64,000 nt of DNA from a phage: assembly GCA_027262695.1 (NCBI GenBank), contig GCA_027262695.1_4722.1. One strand, given 5' to 3'. The first letter of the stretch is position 1. Each line of letters opens with the position of its first letter. The notes beneath the pieces were generated by a model. It worked only from the letters and a program-made list of their open reading frames with translations, did not search any database and was not told the origin of the DNA. Shown here piece by piece: positions 46,458 through 56,540 of this stretch. Position numbers and translations under genes: made by a program.

Positions 46458-47093
46458 TTATTCAGCACTGAAACCGTTCAAACGGATAGCTTCGTAACGT
46501 TTACGTTCACGACGTTTACGCGCCTGCCAACCGTAAATGAACTTCTCGTCTTTCTCACGACGTTCAGCTAATTCGATGTAATACATGCTCTGCATATCCA
46601 GCATCGCGTCGATAAGGTAATCTTTACCTTGCTCGCCACGTTTTGCGATATAAGCGTCCAACGCACCTAAGGTTTTAGGTCCCATCCCACCATCAGCGTC
46701 AATATCTTTCCAGTAAGTTTGACGGTTGTTCATGACGTTGAGGTAACGCTGGAGGTTCTTAACGGCAACGGATTTGCCTGCATTGATACCCAGATCAAAG
46801 AGACGGTCAGCTAAGAACACGGAACGCTTCATGACGTCATCAAGCTTCATCTTATCCCAGAAGTGGGTTTTGTAGATGAAGAACGCCATGTCGTAGGTCA
46901 GATTGCGCATATTACCATTCCAACCGAATTTCGTTTTCAGCGTGGTTTTGTATTGATCGGCGAGCGCTTTCGTAATTCCCATCATGGTTTCATTACCGCT
47001 GTCATCTGGGTCGTTGACGTATCCCGCCTCGATGTTGGTTTTATCACGAATGATGAATTCGCAGGTAAAATCTTTTTCAGTAATCTTGGTCAT
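46458..47093 (-). CDS. endolysin, GH108-like muramidase with PG_binding_3-like C-terminal domain
   Basis: EAGYVNDPDDSGNETMMGIT matches the GH108 motif (EGGYVNDP.D.GG.T.GIT); DADGGMGPKTLGAL matches the peptidoglycan-binding motif. Confidence 0.8.
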   Translation of the reverse strand: MTKITEKDFTCEFIIRDKTNIEAGYVNDPDDSGNETMMGITKALADQYKTTLKTKFGWNGNMRNLTYDMAFFIYKTHFWDKMKLDDVMKRSVFLADRLFDLGINAGKSVAVKNLQRYLNVMNNRQTYWKDIDADGGMGPKTLGALDAYIAKRGEQGKDYLIDAMLDMQSMYYIELAERREKDEKFIYGWQARKRRERKRYEAIRLNGFSAE

Positions 47094-47185
47094 TAGAACT
47101 CCTCGTTTAGATAACGATTTAGAGGAACAGGAAGGCCCTAGAACGCGATAAACGATTTAAACCAGGCAAACCCTAGATTAAACTT

Positions 47186-47199
47186 TTCGAAGCGTTAGA
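47186..47199. promoter_or_regulatory. perfect palindrome TAGAACGCGTTCTA upstream of endolysin gene
   Basis: Related TAGAACG / CGTTCT words also at about 47138, 46411-46432. Confidence 0.35.
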
Positions 47200-47219
47200 A
47201 CGCGTTCTAGAGCGTGAAA

Positions 47220-49268
47220 TTAAATACCCTTGGTTCCTTTCACGCGGTGCGCAATTTCTTCAACCATTGCACGCAAGGCACGAAGCTGTTGGTCGTGTTC
47301 GTACCAACCGCCTAACAGAACCCCGCTATACACCATGGTGTCCAGACTTAACAGTCCTTTATCTGATACGTTGATCATTTCAGGGAACTGTTCTTGTACA
47401 CGTTGTGCGATAACACCGATCTTCTCAACATCAGGATCGTAGTCGTGACGGAAACGGGCAAGCCCGGTGTATGCCATTTCACGTAAACGATCACTGAAAG
47501 ATTCTGGATGGTCTTTCAGATAACGGATGTCGTGTTTACTACGCTCATCTGAACGGATGTATGCGTTAGGAACATCGATGTTGCTGTTGAAGTACAACGC
47601 GCTACCACCACCTGCAGAGTTACCCCAATAGAAGCTAGTAAGAATGCTACCGCCATTACCTGTAACATGCACGGTGCTTCCCACCCTCGTTCCACCGCTA
47701 CCATCAACGAAGACCAGTTTGTTTCCGCTGTAAGAACCCCAGAACAGACGACTATCGATGATGTTGGTTGCGGCGAGGCGGGCGTTACGTGGTGTAGAAT
47801 AGACGGTGTTGATATCTTGCTGCGCCTGTGCGTCAGAAGCGATACCGTAGTTCTGCACATTACCTAAACCTACTTGGGCTTTTGTAACAGCGTGAGGGTT
47901 GTCTCGACGGTTAGCGTGATTGTTAACCAGATCGCCCGCCAATTTCTGAATTGCCCAGTTGGTAGACTGTGGCGTCATGTAACGGTTAGTTGCAGAACCA
48001 CCTTGCGCCTCAGCTTGGTTAGCGGTTGGGTAGTTCTCAACGCTTCCTAACCCTACTTGTGCCTTAGACACTTGGTGCGGGTTATTCTTGTCGGCAATAT
48101 GTGCATTAAGCGGAACTAACGCGAAGGTCTCGATGGACGCTTTGGTTGTGTTCGGTGCCATTAATCGGTTAGCTGCAACCCCAGCACGTGCTTCATCCTC
48201 CGAAGCCATCGGATAGTCTTGCACATTACCTAATCCTACCTGCGCTTTGGTCACCTTGTGCGGGTTGTTGTAATCGGTTTTATGTGCGTTAAGCGGAATC
48301 AATGCGAATTGTTCAATCGCTGCAACGGTACGTAGCGGCGTCATGAATCGGTTATTCGCTGTTCCGTCCTTCGCCTCGCTATCCGAAGCGGTCGGGAAGT
48401 TATCAACGTTCCCAAGGTTAACCTGTGCTTTGGTAACGCTATGTGGGTTATCTTTACGATTAGCGTGAGCGTCGACTAGATCCCCACCCAGTTTAGCAAT
48501 CGCCCATCCAACCGTTTGTGCGGTCATGTATCGGTCAGGTGCTGTACCGGCTTCTGCCTCCGCCTTGTTTGCGGTAGGATAGTTCTGTACATTACCTAAA
48601 CCTACTTGGGCTTTTGTGGTTTCGTGCGGGTTATCGGTACGGTTAGCATGCGCGTAATGCAGATCGGTAAGGTCTTTATCCGCCGCTTGCATGTCTTTAC
48701 GTAGCTGATCGATTGCCGCCCAGAGACGGTTATCGGACGCAGCATCACCGATAAGTATTGCGGCTTTCAGCGAATAGATCGCTAAGCAAAGATGTTCGGT
48801 ACCGTAGATAGCACTAACATGGTGGATGTGTGGTTCAGGCGGATAAAGTTCCGGTTTGTTCTTGATGTCGTCCCAGTTGATCGGACGATCGTCAAGTTTG
48901 AGTTCTTCGATAGCCTGATATAACGCGTCAATAAGACTTACGTAAACACCACCGATGATACGATAGTCGTTAATTAACGTCCCCTCGATATCATCGTTGA
49001 TGATGGCGATCGCCGCACAGATTTCTTTACCTGCGTAAAGCGTCGCATCCTGATACAAGAAGATGGGTTTATAATCCACGCCTCGTACCAGTGTCTTACC
49101 GGTAAGCTTTTCAGTGATGACCAGACTTTCGGTAAAGAACGGTCCGCCATCAAGGGCGTAACATTTATTCTCGGTTCGTGGAACGGTATGCTCTTCACCA
49201 ACGATGTGGTTGCTGGCGAGTGTACCGGTCCAGTCCTCGGGGTACTTCAGGGTAATTGGTGTCGACAT
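47220..49268 (-). CDS. tail fibre protein with five NPH..TKAQVGLGNV repeats and C-terminal S74-type intramolecular chaperone domain
   Basis: Repeats about 47846-48656; C-terminal SDERSKHDIRYL...GVIAQRVQE (about 47220-47590) matches the autoproteolytic chaperone motif of endosialidase/T5 pb1-type fibres. Confidence 0.75.
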   Translation of the reverse strand: MSTPITLKYPEDWTGTLASNHIVGEEHTVPRTENKCYALDGGPFFTESLVITEKLTGKTLVRGVDYKPIFLYQDATLYAGKEICAAIAIINDDIEGTLINDYRIIGGVYVSLIDALYQAIEELKLDDRPINWDDIKNKPELYPPEPHIHHVSAIYGTEHLCLAIYSLKAAILIGDAASDNRLWAAIDQLRKDMQAADKDLTDLHYAHANRTDNPHETTKAQVGLGNVQNYPTANKAEAEAGTAPDRYMTAQTVGWAIAKLGGDLVDAHANRKDNPHSVTKAQVNLGNVDNFPTASDSEAKDGTANNRFMTPLRTVAAIEQFALIPLNAHKTDYNNPHKVTKAQVGLGNVQDYPMASEDEARAGVAANRLMAPNTTKASIETFALVPLNAHIADKNNPHQVSKAQVGLGSVENYPTANQAEAQGGSATNRYMTPQSTNWAIQKLAGDLVNNHANRRDNPHAVTKAQVGLGNVQNYGIASDAQAQQDINTVYSTPRNARLAATNIIDSRLFWGSYSGNKLVFVDGSGGTRVGSTVHVTGNGGSILTSFYWGNSAGGGSALYFNSNIDVPNAYIRSDERSKHDIRYLKDHPESFSDRLREMAYTGLARFRHDYDPDVEKIGVIAQRVQEQFPEMINVSDKGLLSLDTMVYSGVLLGGWYEHDQQLRALRAMVEEIAHRVKGTKGI

Positions 49269-49281
49269 AACCTGGAGGTCC

Positions 49282-51879
49282 TTATAACGTGACTGTACCT
49301 AATTTGGTTGTCTTATTGAGATTAATGACAGAGATCTGGGTATCGCTGGTCGTAATCGTTCCGATATTAACGCGCTGTCCTTTATCATCTTCTTGCTTGT
49401 AGATGGTTAACTCCAGTTCTAACTGGTCGCCATTAGGAACAACGGAAACGTACCATGTTTTATTACCTGGTGAACTATTATAGTCTTTTAGGTTATAATG
49501 GCCTTTAGGTAAGGTCATGGCCTTACCGGCAAACAAACATGAAATGTCCTCGTTGATATAAACGTCGAAACCGGAAGAAGCGATGACTGTTGAGGCCATT
49601 ATTCGAGACGCGACGATACCACGATTATAGTCGTCGATTGTGGTACCTATGACATTGAATACTTGCCCCCCGTTACCCATAATGGTCGATTCGCTAGTGT
49701 TTACGTAGCCGATACCCCAAGTCGGATGAATGTTCCAGCGGTACCCACTGTTTTGTAAATATGTATACATGTCCTCATAGGCCGCATTCACCCAACTACC
49801 ATCACTTTTTCGTCCAGCCCTAAATTGGAATGTGTTGCTATTTCCAGATGTCCCTCGGCCAAGCGGGACATGTCCCGCTACTAACCAACCATCCGTACTT
49901 TGCATATATGCGAACGAACCGTACGCTCTGTTATCAGCCCAAATATTCACGGTATCAACACGCTCAACGTAGGCGATTACCTTTTGTACGCCAGTTATAG
50001 CGATTGAACCCTTGCGTGCCGACAAATTAACTTCTGCGATTACAACACCCATTTTACGCTGGCTGCCACTAAACCCCAATACAACCATTAAACACGGTGC
50101 GTTTGTTGCTTCAGGAGGGATTGTTATCGATTGTTTCCAGTCGGTGATTCCGTTGAGTTTTGTTCCAGTGTATGCGTTCCAGACGGTTTGTCCAGCCGAT
50201 TTCAGATTCTGTTCAGAAATAGAAATGCTATCGCCCTCAGGGATTAACGTGTCGTAATTAAGACCGATGTTACTGGATAGACGATTGTCATTTAAGTAAG
50301 ATCCACTGAGTGTGACGTTATTGTTACGATATATTGTCAAGAATGGCGCAGCCAGAGCGTCTAATACCGTAAAGTTACTTGATGGCATGAAACCATAGAC
50401 ATCGATACCATTACCGTGGTAATGGTAGTTTGTCCAACTACCTTGATAACTTACGGTACGCCCATCGTAGTGACCTTGTTCACCGCCACTGCTAGACAAC
50501 GTGTATATCTTGGTTGCTGATAGAAATGCGAGATACCCATGAGCCGCCAAAGCTCCAACAACCCTGTCTTTTATCTTTAACCAATCTGAAGTATATAACG
50601 TACTGTCGGGATTCATTTTGGCTATTTCATCGTAAGCTGTGCCTGCGAAGTTTCCGATAGTGTACGTACGTATATCCGGCTGTCCGTTATTGTCGTTCTG
50701 TACAGCAATTACTTGCCCAGAATCATTGATATCGATATTACCGATACAGTTGTGAGGCCCCCACACCCAATATCCATCTTTATAATTGGATTCTCCTTGT
50801 GTGAATGTTGATGGTCCTCGCCACGCGATGCCGTTCGATTCGGCGTAGTAGGTCGCTTGCCCCGATCCGGGATTCATGGCGTATTTGTTATTGGTTGGGT
50901 CAAAATCGATGTAAAAATGATGCATTCCTTGACGTTGATGATTGTTCTGATCATTTGTCCACCACGATGAACCGACCAGAATTCGCGCTTTACCATTTTT
51001 TACAGTGGACCATAAACGTATTGCAGCGCGCCAGATGATTTGACCGATCCCGTTAGACGGGAAACTATTCGCACTTATACGGTTACAGACTATGAGTTCG
51101 CTGCTATTGTTTACTTGAGTCCCTTCAATTGTGACACCGTTTATGTTAGTGATCAGTGTTGCCGATACACTACCCCCTGTAGGGGCGATAGAGGAACGTT
51201 GAACGGTGTAAATTTTTAGTGATAATTTATAGCCGTCCCTAACAGCAATCCCAATGTAAATAGTCCCGTTAATTTCCCAACAACAAACATCGGGCATCGT
51301 TTCTTTGAAATCGGATAAAGCACCATCGATATACATTGCAACGTGTTTACTGGCATCGAATGTACCATCCGTTAACGCGATGAACATTTTGGCGTTATTA
51401 CCGTTGATATCAGCCGCTAATCCGAGTAGTATGTTGTTCTGATGACAGTAGATGGCTTTAGGTGCTAGATCCAACATAGCCGGTTGGTACTGTCGGCTTG
51501 TCGGTATTACGCTAGTAACTGCACCATTTTGATCCGTTTTACAAATAACGTAATATACGCCATGTATGATGCTGTTTGTCGCCGACCTTAGTAGGACAAT
51601 CGTCCCGTCAGATTCACGACATATACCGTAATGACGATAGTCGGTGATTAAGCCGATAGCACCATCAGCAGAGCCTTCAATTGCCAGAGGAAAATAACTT
51701 TGGTCCCCAACCTGTTCGATATCGGTTGCGCCAATATCGATGTATTTTTCCATCTCAGTGTTGAACTCAGCGGTACTGTAGGCACCGAGATCGCTCGCCT
51801 TTAGTCCCGTTGGGTTGTCGCGACTGGCGATACGCGTAGTAACGCTACTCACCAGTTCGCTGAACTTTTTCATTGCCAT
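49282..51879 (-). CDS. large tail fibre / receptor-binding protein candidate
   Basis: 865-aa ORF immediately upstream of and co-oriented with the fibre genes; no repeats or catalytic motif recognised. Confidence 0.45.
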   Translation of the reverse strand: MAMKKFSELVSSVTTRIASRDNPTGLKASDLGAYSTAEFNTEMEKYIDIGATDIEQVGDQSYFPLAIEGSADGAIGLITDYRHYGICRESDGTIVLLRSATNSIIHGVYYVICKTDQNGAVTSVIPTSRQYQPAMLDLAPKAIYCHQNNILLGLAADINGNNAKMFIALTDGTFDASKHVAMYIDGALSDFKETMPDVCCWEINGTIYIGIAVRDGYKLSLKIYTVQRSSIAPTGGSVSATLITNINGVTIEGTQVNNSSELIVCNRISANSFPSNGIGQIIWRAAIRLWSTVKNGKARILVGSSWWTNDQNNHQRQGMHHFYIDFDPTNNKYAMNPGSGQATYYAESNGIAWRGPSTFTQGESNYKDGYWVWGPHNCIGNIDINDSGQVIAVQNDNNGQPDIRTYTIGNFAGTAYDEIAKMNPDSTLYTSDWLKIKDRVVGALAAHGYLAFLSATKIYTLSSSGGEQGHYDGRTVSYQGSWTNYHYHGNGIDVYGFMPSSNFTVLDALAAPFLTIYRNNNVTLSGSYLNDNRLSSNIGLNYDTLIPEGDSISISEQNLKSAGQTVWNAYTGTKLNGITDWKQSITIPPEATNAPCLMVVLGFSGSQRKMGVVIAEVNLSARKGSIAITGVQKVIAYVERVDTVNIWADNRAYGSFAYMQSTDGWLVAGHVPLGRGTSGNSNTFQFRAGRKSDGSWVNAAYEDMYTYLQNSGYRWNIHPTWGIGYVNTSESTIMGNGGQVFNVIGTTIDDYNRGIVASRIMASTVIASSGFDVYINEDISCLFAGKAMTLPKGHYNLKDYNSSPGNKTWYVSVVPNGDQLELELTIYKQEDDKGQRVNIGTITTSDTQISVINLNKTTKLGTVTL

Positions 51880-51891
51880 TATTCACCTCGA

Positions 51892-52377
51892 TTAAATAGG
51901 CGAGTCGGGTAGCTGACCATCATCGATCTCGATGGTGGCCACCTTACGTGTTGCAGCAAGATGTGATGTACCCTGGATTTTGTTCCAGGTGCCGATACGC
52001 ATGGCGTTTTTGTAGCTGCTATCGCTATCGTTCAGCGTGTAAACAAAACCGCTATCGGTTACGGCAAGATAGATCCAGCCTACAGACTCACTGATGCCTG
52101 ACACGTCCAAAGTTGCTGCTGGCACCGTCCCTACCACCGTGTTGTATTCCGCTGTACCTTGACCAATGCTGATCCGTCCGTTGCTGTAACTGGCTGCTGG
52201 AAGCGTTTTATTTCGACTGAAGAAAAGAAACGGAAGGTAACGCTGGGTAACAAGCGGTGCAAGTTTAGGAGCCACTTCGGTCTTAACGTAGACATCTGTT
52301 TGTGCTGGCGTTACCTCGTGAGGGTTCTTTTGGGTAAGATACGTCCCCCATTCAGAAAGCAGTGTTGATAGCTTCAT
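51892..52377 (-). CDS. small fibre-associated protein with N-terminal NPH-type motif
   Basis: KNPHEVTPAQTDVY near N-terminus; paralog of 52382..52897. Confidence 0.5.
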   Translation of the reverse strand: MKLSTLLSEWGTYLTQKNPHEVTPAQTDVYVKTEVAPKLAPLVTQRYLPFLFFSRNKTLPAASYSNGRISIGQGTAEYNTVVGTVPAATLDVSGISESVGWIYLAVTDSGFVYTLNDSDSSYKNAMRIGTWNKIQGTSHLAATRKVATIEIDDGQLPDSPI

Positions 52378-52381
52378 GCGG

Positions 52382-52897
52382 TTACCCCATGTAACGTTTT
52401 TGGCCGAGGATGAAGACTTTGTTAAATACCACCGAAGTGATTCCTGTTGCGTTACAGCTCACCTGCCCGACGCGAATTGCTGTTGACGTATCGACCCCAG
52501 CACTACTCTGCCAGATCCAATCGATCGATCCGTCTTTCTGACGAATGAAAAGATAACCGGTTTTGTTCGCCCAGTCGGAAGTAAGTTTTTTGATGTCTAG
52601 CGTTCCCTTCGCCAGAATATAGTCGGTACCGGCGATCATGACGGGTATTTCAGGATACGAGATTACCGTACCGCTGGCAGTAACGTTGCTGATGCGTTCG
52701 CTACGAATATCGGTACAGTCACCGAAATACGCTACGGGGAGTATCCCCTTAGGGAGCTTTTTGCCGATTCTCGTATCGATCGTGTTTTTATCGGGTGCGT
52801 CGATTTGCGCTGCGGTGACTTGGTTAGGGTTATCCTTCCTTGCGTACCATGTCGTCATGCGAGCACCCAATTCACTCATTTTTGTGCCCATTTTCAC
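52382..52897 (-). CDS. small fibre-associated protein with N-terminal NPN-type motif
   Basis: KDNPNQVTAAQIDAP near N-terminus; paralog of 51892..52377. Confidence 0.5.
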   Translation of the reverse strand: MKMGTKMSELGARMTTWYARKDNPNQVTAAQIDAPDKNTIDTRIGKKLPKGILPVAYFGDCTDIRSERISNVTASGTVISYPEIPVMIAGTDYILAKGTLDIKKLTSDWANKTGYLFIRQKDGSIDWIWQSSAGVDTSTAIRVGQVSCNATGITSVVFNKVFILGQKRYMG

Positions 52898-52936
52898 ATC
52901 CTATCGAAAAATAAAAAGAAGGAAAGGTGGGTAGAA

Positions 52937-52954
52937 CCCACCCATCCGTTATAA
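52937..52954 (-). terminator. hairpin GGTGGGT-aga-ACCCACC followed by T-rich run on minus strand
   Basis: Overlaps stop of fibre gene 52949..55102; TTCCTTTCCTTCTTTTTATTTTT follows on transcribed strand. Confidence 0.55.
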
Positions 52955-55102
52955 CGTTTCGAAGTCGGTTGCTTTGATAACCGCGTTGAAGTTGGCAAGG
53001 AATTCCTTAAGCAACGCTTGGAAGACATCACGGAACGCCGTGTTCGTCTTCAAACTGGTTAAATAATCGTTCTTAAGGTAATCGCTCAGCTTACCGATCT
53101 TCTGCATCTTCTCGCCGTCTTCGTTCTCTCCAGGTTCTTGGCTGTTGATGTTAACCCATTTGATCCCTTCGAGATCGCCATCGGCAAGGAAGTTAGCGGG
53201 CGTCTCATCGTCGTTCAGGATTTTAATTGTGTCGCTGGATTCAATGCCACCGTAAGCTTCCAGAAGCTGGTTGACTGTTAGCGTGTTGGTGTTGATTGAA
53301 CCATTGACACCATCAATACCGATGCCTGCACCTGTGATGGATGTCGCCGAAAGATCGATCGGCCCGGTTAACTTACCACCGTTGATCGGTAACGCACCAA
53401 CTTGCTCTGCGGTGTGTGTGTGGTTGGCTAACGCCGCAAACGCCGCGATAGACTTATATGTCGAATACGGCGTCATGTACGCTGATTGGTTGGTGTTGTC
53501 AGCGGCTTCAGTATCGGTAGCGACATTAAAGTTCTGCACGTTGCTGAGACCGACCTGCGCCTTCGTTACTTCATGCGGGTTGCTCTTATCGACAACGTGT
53601 GCTGCAAAACCGTCACCGGCTAAAGCGGTGATTGCTGCTTTTGTCGCAGCCGGTGTCATATAGCGGTTGGTTGCTTCACCTGCCTGTGCTTCCGCATCAG
53701 AAGCAACAGGATAGTTCTCAACGCTCCCCAAACCGACCTGAGATTTTGTTACTTGGTGTGGGTTTTCGGTATTCGCGATATGGCTACTGAATCCTTGACC
53801 AGCCAGTTGCTCGATTGCGTAACGAACAAGTATTGGCGTCATGTACTTGTTGTTAACCTGACCATCGATGGCTTCTTGGGTGGTGGCAACCCCGAAGTTT
53901 TGCACGCTCCCCAACCCAACTTGCGCTTTCGTAACAGCGTGGGGGTTATTGGTGTTACCGATGTGATCGGTAACCGTTGGGGTGATTAATCCTGCGATAG
54001 CGGCTGCCGTGGTCGCAGGGGTCATGTATTTATCGTTAGCAACACCCGCAGCAGCTTCTACGTTAGATGCTACACCGTAGTTCAATACATTTCCTAACCC
54101 AACCTGCGCCTTGGTTACCCCGTGGGGGTTGTTCTTGTCTCCGGTATGGGTTGTCAACGTAGCGTTAACGTTATCGATACGCGTGCTTAAGCTATCAGTG
54201 ATTGCTTTGATTGCGGCTCGTACACCCGCTGGTGTTGTGTACAGATCTGTGGCCGTACCGGTAATGGTTGTATTACTATCGGCTACACCGTAGTTCTCAA
54301 CGTTTCCGAGTCCCACCTGGGCTTTCGTTACCTTGTGTGGGTTGTTGTAGTTGCTGATGTGCGCAGCAGCACTATCACCACTCAGGTTAGCGATCATCTT
54401 ACGCGTCATCGCCAACGTCATGTACAGATTTTCACCGATGGTTTCCAGATCGCTCTCGGTCGCCGTTGTGAAGTTCTGCACATTCCCCAATCCAACTTGA
54501 GCCTTGGTTACCCCATGGGGATTATCGCGACGATTCTCGTGCTGCAGCAATGCGGTCATTGCTTTATTGAACCCTTCTTCAAGCGGTTCTTTCAATGATT
54601 CGATTGCAGCCACCACATCGTCCCACGTCATTGTGTCGGTTTCGACATTATGCTGGTGGTTGATTGGCGGGAATACGGAAGGAACGTCGGCAACCTTTTC
54701 CCAGAACGTAACGCGGGGATCGTAAAGGTTGTTGGCTAAAACGTTAAGAATTTGTTGTTGATCAAGTGTAAACTCACCCCCCAGTGAATAGTAGTTCAGT
54801 TGCAACTGTCCACTGAATGCGGTGTCCAACAGCATGATGGAACCGTATAATTCCAGGCCGGTCAGCGCAGCCATGGCACGGAAGGGGTGAGTGCATAAAA
54901 AGTCAACGCCTTCTTCCAGATACGCGTTTGTTTCCGGGTTGTAGATCTTTAATCCATTACGAAAATATGGCGCGTATTTAGGAACGAGAAAGTTAAATCC
55001 GGTCCCCGTGGAAGGACGGACAGTGACGAGTTCTTCTGGAACCCATGCGCCATCCAAATTCCCCTGCGGGTTATACGGAAGGCGTTTAATTTCATCTGTC
55101 AT
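52949..55102 (-). CDS. tail fibre protein with six NPH..TKAQVGLGNV repeats
   Basis: Repeats about 53530-54541, e.g. NRRDNPHGVTKAQVGLGNVQNF, NNPHKVTKAQVGLGNVENY. Confidence 0.7.
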   Translation of the reverse strand: MTDEIKRLPYNPQGNLDGAWVPEELVTVRPSTGTGFNFLVPKYAPYFRNGLKIYNPETNAYLEEGVDFLCTHPFRAMAALTGLELYGSIMLLDTAFSGQLQLNYYSLGGEFTLDQQQILNVLANNLYDPRVTFWEKVADVPSVFPPINHQHNVETDTMTWDDVVAAIESLKEPLEEGFNKAMTALLQHENRRDNPHGVTKAQVGLGNVQNFTTATESDLETIGENLYMTLAMTRKMIANLSGDSAAAHISNYNNPHKVTKAQVGLGNVENYGVADSNTTITGTATDLYTTPAGVRAAIKAITDSLSTRIDNVNATLTTHTGDKNNPHGVTKAQVGLGNVLNYGVASNVEAAAGVANDKYMTPATTAAAIAGLITPTVTDHIGNTNNPHAVTKAQVGLGSVQNFGVATTQEAIDGQVNNKYMTPILVRYAIEQLAGQGFSSHIANTENPHQVTKSQVGLGSVENYPVASDAEAQAGEATNRYMTPAATKAAITALAGDGFAAHVVDKSNPHEVTKAQVGLSNVQNFNVATDTEAADNTNQSAYMTPYSTYKSIAAFAALANHTHTAEQVGALPINGGKLTGPIDLSATSITGAGIGIDGVNGSINTNTLTVNQLLEAYGGIESSDTIKILNDDETPANFLADGDLEGIKWVNINSQEPGENEDGEKMQKIGKLSDYLKNDYLTSLKTNTAFRDVFQALLKEFLANFNAVIKATDFETL

Positions 55103-55133
55103 GATGCGCCCTTTACAAGTTGTTAGTAAGTGT

Positions 55134-55152
55134 GGGATACCCTGGGGTATCC
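55134..55152. promoter_or_regulatory. hairpin GGGATACC-ctg-GGTATCC in divergent promoter region
   Basis: Between minus start 55102 and plus start 55207. Confidence 0.3.
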
Positions 55153-55206
55153 TGTGTTAACAGCGGTAAAATATTACTGTAACTATAAAATAAGGGGGCC
55201 TCTCCC

Positions 55207-56484
55207 ATGTATACATTGGTAAAAACTTACGGATTACCCGTAGGTTCCGGCACGGCCTGGACAGCACTTGAAGCGGGTGAAAGCGTCCTGAGCACGTTGT
55301 TCGCAACGTATCAAAAACTCAATATCCAGGTCCATGAAAGTTATACTGACCAGCAGCAGGTTATCGATCTTTATACGTTTCAATCCGAGCTTCAAAACAG
55401 CAGCGATACGCTTAATGCTTGGCTGAAGGCGAAGTCGGATGCCCACACCAACCTTCGTGGTCAACCGGGTGAACTCTCGATTAAAGCCCACAAGCTCTAT
55501 TGTCACGACGTTATCACGGTAGGCTTTCTTCCTAAAGTCGGTAATAGTGGATATCATCCAAGCAACGCGATTCCTGAATCGGAACGTACCGATATTCTCC
55601 TAACAAAAGCGAACACGAATTACGAGAACATCGGCAAGCACTGCTTGTTCACGGTAGGGGGTTACGTACACCCTCACGTTTACGGTAAGGATGTTGGTGT
55701 TTATATCCAGGGTGGATTCAAGACAGCCCAACGCAGCCAGGAAAACGATATCGGGATGATCGATTTCAGCTGTATCGGAAGTTTGGAGATTCATGCGATC
55801 ACAGAAGACATGATTGCGGATTCCACGAAGCTTTTACCGTACAAAGATGAGATGTATCTGCGCTTACCCCGTAAAGTCGCGGAAGATGAAACGGTCGCAT
55901 TAGTGTTCGGAGGTTACTTACATCTCCTCGATGACTGTTACACGATCGTTAGTGATACGACAGCAAAAATAAACTGCATTAACATGTTCTTGTACGAAAG
56001 GTATTTTCGTTCTCGTGAATATCTTGACTTAACCTCCCTCGGTATTCTCTTGGACGAAGAAAACCCACAATCGGATATTGTTGCGAACCGTTTGCTGTCC
56101 GATAAAGCCTTGAAAGCTTGGGTGACCCATCCATGCAGCTTTTGGGTTTATATCAAAGCAACCTCGATTCAAGTTACGCAAGAACCGCTACCGCGCAGTG
56201 GTGTGCCAGGACAGTATTTCTTAGGCAAGAAACCGGAAGGATTAATTCGCGCGGATCTTGGAGAACTACCTGCGTACGTACAGACTTACGAGAAACCACT
56301 GTGGGTACTTCATTCACGATGGGGACTTCGTAAGAACATGCTGTTTGAAAACACGTTATACAAACACACACGTGTTAAACGCCTCAATGATACACCGTAT
56401 CTCCATCAGGTATGGTTGGAAACGCATGCGACGTTACAAACCGTACACAAGCTGGAACTGATCGATTCCAGTCAGAAAAAATAA
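55207..56484 (+). CDS. hypothetical protein (structural region)
   Basis: 425-aa ORF. Confidence 0.55.
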   Translation: MYTLVKTYGLPVGSGTAWTALEAGESVLSTLFATYQKLNIQVHESYTDQQQVIDLYTFQSELQNSSDTLNAWLKAKSDAHTNLRGQPGELSIKAHKLYCHDVITVGFLPKVGNSGYHPSNAIPESERTDILLTKANTNYENIGKHCLFTVGGYVHPHVYGKDVGVYIQGGFKTAQRSQENDIGMIDFSCIGSLEIHAITEDMIADSTKLLPYKDEMYLRLPRKVAEDETVALVFGGYLHLLDDCYTIVSDTTAKINCINMFLYERYFRSREYLDLTSLGILLDEENPQSDIVANRLLSDKALKAWVTHPCSFWVYIKATSIQVTQEPLPRSGVPGQYFLGKKPEGLIRADLGELPAYVQTYEKPLWVLHSRWGLRKNMLFENTLYKHTRVKRLNDTPYLHQVWLETHATLQTVHKLELIDSSQKK

Positions 56485-56499
56485 ACACGGCAAACATAA

Positions 56500-56531
56500 C
56501 CCTCCTCCAACCCATCAGGGAAGGAGGAGGG
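56500..56531. terminator. hairpin CCCTCCTCC-AACCCATCAGGGAA-GGAGGAGGG followed by TATGCCGT
   Basis: Same family; motif at 56534-56541. Confidence 0.6.
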
Positions 56532-56540
56532 CATATGCCG

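Noticed and set aside
47220-55102. Diversity-generating retroelement targeting the tail fibres
   Set aside because: No reverse transcriptase (no Y-x-D-D motif in a plausible RT context) and no template/variable repeat pair outside the intrinsic fibre repeats was found in the window.
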